DNA of 64,000 nt, taken from positions 2,016,001 to 2,080,000 of the forward strand of contig OY969474.1 in NCBI GenBank assembly GCA_963700145.1, given 5' to 3'. The DNA is from an uncultured Acidobacteriota bacterium (GTDB lineage: Bacteria > Acidobacteriota > Thermoanaerobaculia > Multivoradales > UBA5704). Position 1 is the stretch's first letter; every line of letters starts with the position of its first letter. The notes under the pieces are model-generated. The model was not told where the DNA came from. It made no database searches and saw only the letters and a program-made list of their open reading frames with translations. Both the position numbers and the translations under genes were made by a program. This document shows, in pieces, positions 59,803-64,000 of the stretch.

Positions 59803-60336
59803 TCAGGCGCCCTGTTCTTCCTTGCGGGTCCGCACCTGGTCGAGCACCGCCACGAACTGCTGCGGCACGGCGGCCAGGACGCGGGCGAGGCGGACGATCG
59901 GCGACTGCATCAGGAAGAGGAGCTTCGCCATCAGCTCCTCCCGCCCCGGCAGGGTCGCGATCTCCTTGATCTGCGCCGCCGGCACCGCCCGTCCCTCGAC
60001 CAGCCCGGCCTTGAACTCGATGACCGGCGCGTCCTTGGCGAAGTCGGTCAGCGCCTTGGCGACCGCCACCGGATCGGTCTCCGAGTAGACGACCGCCGTC
60101 GGCCCGGTGAAGTGCTGGGCCAGCTCGCCCATCGGCTTGCCCTCGATGGCGCGCAGGGCGAGGGTGTTCTTGACCACGATGTAGTGGCCGCCGCTCTGGC
60201 GCACCCGCGCTCGCAGGTCGCTCACCTGCGGCACCTTGATCCCCTTGAAGCCGAGCAGGAAGGCGTGCGGCGCTTGCGCCAGTCCTTCGCTGTACTCGGC
60301 GAGCATCTGCTCTTTGTCGGCACGGCTGAGCGGCAT
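59803..60336 (-). CDS. rplJ: 50S ribosomal protein L10
   Basis: VVKNTL, FTGPTA, LPGREEL; position between rplA and rplL. Confidence 0.97.
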   Translation of the reverse strand: MPLSRADKEQMLAEYSEGLAQAPHAFLLGFKGIKVPQVSDLRARVRQSGGHYIVVKNTLALRAIEGKPMGELAQHFTGPTAVVYSETDPVAVAKALTDFAKDAPVIEFKAGLVEGRAVPAAQIKEIATLPGREELMAKLLFLMQSPIVRLARVLAAVPQQFVAVLDQVRTRKEEQGA

Positions 60337-60346
60337 GGGCTTCTCC

Positions 60347-61048
60347 TTAGGCTTCCGCGTGGGCCAGCTCGTTCTCGTCGATCCGGATGCCCGGACCCAT
60401 CGTCGAGGAGAGGCTGACCGACTTCAAGTACTTCCCCTTGGCCGCGGCGGGCTTCGCCTTGAGCACCGCGCCGAAGAGCGCCTCGGCGTTCTCCTTGAGC
60501 TTCTCGGGCCCGAAGGAGAGCTTGCCGACCGGGGCGTGGATGATGCCGGTCTTGTCGACCCGGAACTCCACCTTGCCGGCCTTGATGTCCTGCACCGCGC
60601 GGGCGACGTCCAGGGAGACGGTGCCGGCCTTCGGGTTGGGCATCAGGCCACGCGGGCCGAGCACCTTACCGAGGCGGCCGACGACGCGCATCATGTCGGG
60701 GGTGGCGACGACGGCGTCGAAGTCCAGCCAGCCCCCCTCGATCTTCTTGGCCAGCTCGTCGCCGCCGACGTGGTCCGCCCCGGCCTCCTCGGCCTCGCGG
60801 ATCTTCTCGCCCGAGGCGAAGACCAGGACGCGCACCTGCTTGCCGAGCCCGTGCGGCAGCACCACCGTGCCGCGCACCATCTGATCGGCGTGCTTGGGGT
60901 CCACCCCCAGCCGCATCGCCACCTCGAGCGTCTCGTCGAACTTGGCGAAGGCGGAGTCCTTGGCGAGCTGGATGGCCTCGCCGAGCGGATAGGCCCGCTG
61001 CTCGACCTTGCCCGCCGCCTGCGTGAACTTCTTGCCGTGCTTGGCCAC
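60347..61048 (-). CDS. rplA: 50S ribosomal protein L1
   Basis: [25 protein letters not shown]. Confidence 0.98.
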   Translation of the reverse strand: MAKHGKKFTQAAGKVEQRAYPLGEAIQLAKDSAFAKFDETLEVAMRLGVDPKHADQMVRGTVVLPHGLGKQVRVLVFASGEKIREAEEAGADHVGGDELAKKIEGGWLDFDAVVATPDMMRVVGRLGKVLGPRGLMPNPKAGTVSLDVARAVQDIKAGKVEFRVDKTGIIHAPVGKLSFGPEKLKENAEALFGAVLKAKPAAAKGKYLKSVSLSSTMGPGIRIDENELAHAEA

Positions 61049-61063
61049 GATGCTCTCCCTCGC

Positions 61064-61489
61064 CTACGCCGTGACGTCGATGCCCATCGAGCGGGCGGTG
61101 CCTTCGATGATCCGGACCGCCGCCTCGAGGCTGCCGGCGTTCAAGTCCGGGAGCTTCGTCTTGGCGATCTCCTCGACCTGCGCCCGCGTCACCGTGCCGA
61201 CCTTGTTGCGGTTCGGCTCGCCCGAGCCCTTCTCCACCCCGGCCGCCTTCTGCAGCAGGATCGAGGCGGGCGGCGTCTTGGTGATGAAGGTGTAGCTGCG
61301 GTCGGCGTAGACCGTCACCACGACGGGAATGATCATCCCGGCCTGCGACGCCGTCCGGGCGTTGAAGTTCTTGCAGAAGTCCATGATGTTGACCCCGGCC
61401 TGACCGAGCGCGGGGCCCACCGGCGGCGCCGGCGTCGCCGCGCCCGCCGGGATCTGGAGCTTCACCTGTCCGACGACTTTCTTCGCCAT
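61064..61489 (-). CDS. rplK: 50S ribosomal protein L11
   Basis: [20 protein letters not shown]. Confidence 0.98.
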   Translation of the reverse strand: MAKKVVGQVKLQIPAGAATPAPPVGPALGQAGVNIMDFCKNFNARTASQAGMIIPVVVTVYADRSYTFITKTPPASILLQKAAGVEKGSGEPNRNKVGTVTRAQVEEIAKTKLPDLNAGSLEAAVRIIEGTARSMGIDVTA

Positions 61490-61508
61490 GCTCGCCTCGC
61501 GTTCGCGC

Positions 61509-62075
61509 CTACAGCTTCTGGACCTGTGAGAAGTCCAGCTCGACCGGCGTCTGCCGGCCGAAGATGGTCACCATCACCTTCAACGTGTTGCGGTCGAGGT
61601 TGATCTCCTCGACCACGCCGGTGAAGTTGTTGAACGGCCCGTCGATGATCTTGACCGGCTCCGACTTCTCGAACATGTACTTCGGCTTCGGCTTCTCCTT
61701 GGCCGTCACCACCTGCTCGAGGATCTGGTCCACCTCCTCCTGGGTGAGCGGCGTGGGCTTCTTGCCGGTGCCCACGAAGCCGGTCACCTTGGGGGTGTTC
61801 TTGACCACGTGCCAGGCGGCGTCCGACATCTCCATCTCGACCAGGATGTAGCCGGGGAAGAACTTGCGCTGCGTCTCCTTCTTCTTCCCGCTCTTGTACT
61901 CGACCACGGTCTCGGTGGGGATGCGGATCTCGCCGAAGGCGTCCCCCATGCCGAGCGCCTCGGCGCGCTGGCGCAGCGTCTCCTTGACCCGCTCCTCGAA
62001 GCCGGAGTAGGTGTGGACGATGAACCACTTGCGCTCGCCCTTGGCGGCCTCGCGCGTCCCGACTTCCGGGGTCAT
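61509..62075 (-). CDS. nusG: Transcription factor NusG
   Basis: [29 protein letters not shown]. Confidence 0.98.
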   Translation of the reverse strand: MTPEVGTREAAKGERKWFIVHTYSGFEERVKETLRQRAEALGMGDAFGEIRIPTETVVEYKSGKKKETQRKFFPGYILVEMEMSDAAWHVVKNTPKVTGFVGTGKKPTPLTQEEVDQILEQVVTAKEKPKPKYMFEKSEPVKIIDGPFNNFTGVVEEINLDRNTLKVMVTIFGRQTPVELDFSQVQKL

Positions 62076-62344
62076 GAGAACACCTCGAAGATCCAGGCCA
62101 GTCCCTTGCTGATCAAGACGTCGGCGGCCGACAGGTAGACCGAGATCAGGAAGCTGAAGACCACGACCACCGTGGTCGTGGCGATCACCTCGTCGCGCGA
62201 CGGAAAGCTCACCTTGCGCAGCTCCGAGCGGACCTCCCCGAGGAAGGTCACCATCTGGGCCCACTTGCCCGCCTTGACCAGCCAGAAGACGAGGCCGGCG
62301 AGGGCCGCGACCACGACCAGCAGAACGATCATCCCCACGCTCAT
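62072..62344 (-). CDS. secE: Preprotein translocase SecE
   Basis: FLGEVRSELRKVSFPSRDE followed by a TM helix; one extra N-terminal TM. Confidence 0.95.
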   Translation of the reverse strand: MSVGMIVLLVVVAALAGLVFWLVKAGKWAQMVTFLGEVRSELRKVSFPSRDEVIATTTVVVVFSFLISVYLSAADVLISKGLAWIFEVFS

Positions 62345-62374
62345 GTCGTCACTTTCCGGCTGCGCTCAGAGGTT

Positions 62375-62451
62375 TGGCAGGCCAGGAGGGATTCGAACCC
62401 CCAACCCTCGGTTTTGGAGACCGATGCTCTACCAGTTCGAGCTACTGGCCT
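62375..62451 (-). tRNA. tRNA-Trp (CCA)
   Basis: AGGCCAG...CT-CCA-AA...GTTCGAATCCC...CTGGCCTGCCA cloverleaf, 77 nt. Confidence 0.97.
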
Positions 62452-62461
62452 GTAGTCCTTC

Positions 62462-63655
62462 TTACTTGACGATGTCCGTCACGGTCCCGGCGCCGACGGT
62501 GCGCCCGCCCTCGCGGATGGCGAACCGCACACCCTTCTCCATCGCGATCGGCGCGATCAGCTCAACCTCCAGGTTCACGTTGTCCCCCGGCATCACCATC
62601 TCCGTCCCCTCCGGCAACTGCGCCACACCCGTCACGTCCGTCGTCCGGAAGTAAAACTGCGGCCGGTAGCCATTGAAAAACGGCGTGTGCCGTCCACCCT
62701 CCTCCTTGGTCAGGATGTAGACCTCACCCTTAAACTTCGTGTGCGGCGTGATCGACCCCGGCTTGGCCAACACCTGCCCCCGCTCCACGTCGTCCTTCTT
62801 CGTCCCCCGCAGCAAGACCCCGATGTTGTCCCCCGCCTGCCCCTGGTCCAGGAGCTTGCGGAACATCTCGACGCCGGTGACCACCGTCTTCGTCGTCGGC
62901 CGGATCCCCACGATCTCCACCTCGTCGCCCACCTTGACGATCCCCCGCTCCACCCGCCCCGTCACCACCGTCCCCCGTCCCGCGATCGAGAAGATGTCCT
63001 CGATCGGCATCAGGAATGGCTTCTCGATCGCCCGCTCCGGCAGCGGAATGTAGCTGTCGACCGACTCGATCAGCTCCATGATCTTCTGCCCCGCTTCGCT
63101 CTCCGGGTCTCCGCTCTCCAGCGCCTTCAACGCCGAACCCCGGATGATCGGGATGTCGTCGCCCGGGAAGTCGTAGGAGCTGAGCAGCTCCCGAAGCTCC
63201 AGCTCGACGAGGTCGAGCAGCTCCGGGTCGTCGACCATGTCCACCTTGTTGAGGAAAACGACCATCGAGGGCACGCCGACCTGGCGCGCCAAGAGGATGT
63301 GCTCCCGCGTCTGCGGCATCGGGCCGTCCGCCGCCGAGACCACCAGGATCGCACCGTCCATCTGCGCCGCCCCGGTGATCATGTTCTTGACGTAGTCCGC
63401 ATGTCCCGGGCAGTCCACGTGCGCGTAGTGCCGCTTGTCGCTCGCGTACTCCACGTGCGCCGTCGCGATCGTGATGCCGCGCTCCCGCTCCTCGGGGGCC
63501 TTGTCGATCTGGTCGAAGGCCACGAAGCTGGCCAGACCCTTCTTCGCCAATACCTTCGTGATCGCCGCCGTCAACGTCGTCTTGCCGTGGTCCACGTGGC
63601 CGATCGTCCCCACGTTGACGTGCGGCTTCGTCCGCTCGAACTTCTCCTTGCCCAT
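62462..63655 (-). CDS. tuf: Elongation factor Tu
   Basis: [18 protein letters not shown]. Confidence 0.99.
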   Translation of the reverse strand: MGKEKFERTKPHVNVGTIGHVDHGKTTLTAAITKVLAKKGLASFVAFDQIDKAPEERERGITIATAHVEYASDKRHYAHVDCPGHADYVKNMITGAAQMDGAILVVSAADGPMPQTREHILLARQVGVPSMVVFLNKVDMVDDPELLDLVELELRELLSSYDFPGDDIPIIRGSALKALESGDPESEAGQKIMELIESVDSYIPLPERAIEKPFLMPIEDIFSIAGRGTVVTGRVERGIVKVGDEVEIVGIRPTTKTVVTGVEMFRKLLDQGQAGDNIGVLLRGTKKDDVERGQVLAKPGSITPHTKFKGEVYILTKEEGGRHTPFFNGYRPQFYFRTTDVTGVAQLPEGTEMVMPGDNVNLEVELIAPIAMEKGVRFAIREGGRTVGAGTVTDIVK

Positions 63656-63710
63656 GACCTGTCTATCGCCTCCTCGTGCCGCAGCCTCGCCGCGCCGGGT
63701 GGGTGGGGGA

Positions 63711-63785
63711 TGGAGCCCACGACCGGATTTGAACCGGTGACCCCTTCCTTACCAAGGAAGTGCTCTACCCCTGAGCCACGTGGGC
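63711..63785 (-). tRNA. tRNA-Thr (GGT)
   Basis: GCCCACG...TT-GGT-AA...GTTCAAATCC...CGTGGGCTCCA, 75 nt. Confidence 0.97.
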
Positions 63786-63850
63786 TTGTTGTCTAAGTTC
63801 CGAAGGACACGCGGCCGACACCCGCCCCCGCCAGGCGGGCAAACCGCGCG

Positions 63851-63879
63851 ATCTTACTGCCTTATCCGCTTCCTGTAAA
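63851..63879 (-). promoter_or_regulatory. Sigma70 promoter of the tRNA-Thr/tuf operon
   Basis: TTTACA-N17-TAAGAT followed by GC-rich discriminator CGCGCGG. Confidence 0.8.
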
Positions 63880-64000
63880 GCGCCACCTCCGCCCGGAGGG
63901 ACCGCCTCGGCGGAGGCACCGGACGCCCGGAAGGACGCCCGCGGCGAAGAGGCGCTAGTTTGCCAGAGGACGCTCCGGAAGTCCAGCCTCCGGCGGCGCG

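Noticed and set aside
63885-64000. Hairpin at ~63885-63916 and a possible minus-strand gene end at 63955
   Set aside because: Too little sequence at the window edge to support a call

Overview
High-GC (~70% by eye) bacterial window, most likely Acidobacteriota (acidobacterial PadR + duplicated orphan permease pair, Cys-rich insertion in RpoB; class Thermoanaerobaculia is a guess). Left to right: (1) 1-7.9 kb potassium-uptake locus (kdpB partial, kdpA, kdpF, small membrane peptide, porin, DMT, kup) with a receiver-less KdpE-like DNA-binding protein and two matching triple-box promoters; (2) 8-14.2 kb two large secreted beta-propeller proteins with unusual C-termini; (3) 14.3-32.9 kb accessory region: a cassette of two XRE-like HTH genes, Zn-finger/TPR remnants, a PCD-like gene, an 11 x 21-bp palindromic tandem array and a coiled-coil gene, then an IS256 with a 9-bp target duplication, a di-heme/VWD/FN3 membrane protein, an AF2212-like/MazF toxin-antitoxin pair, and a decaying ECF41-type module; (4) 32.9-50.7 kb mixed genes (two POT transporters, tandem H-type-lectin-like paralogs, ADOP/PadR, lon, CAP proteins, a frameshifted glycosyltransferase); (5) 50.7-63.9 kb core cluster tRNA-Thr-tuf-tRNA-Trp-secE-nusG-rplKAJL-rpoBC. 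The best candidate for an undescribed system is the 14.3-18.6 kb cassette around the 21-bp array. All family calls come from recognising motifs by eye; no searches were run.
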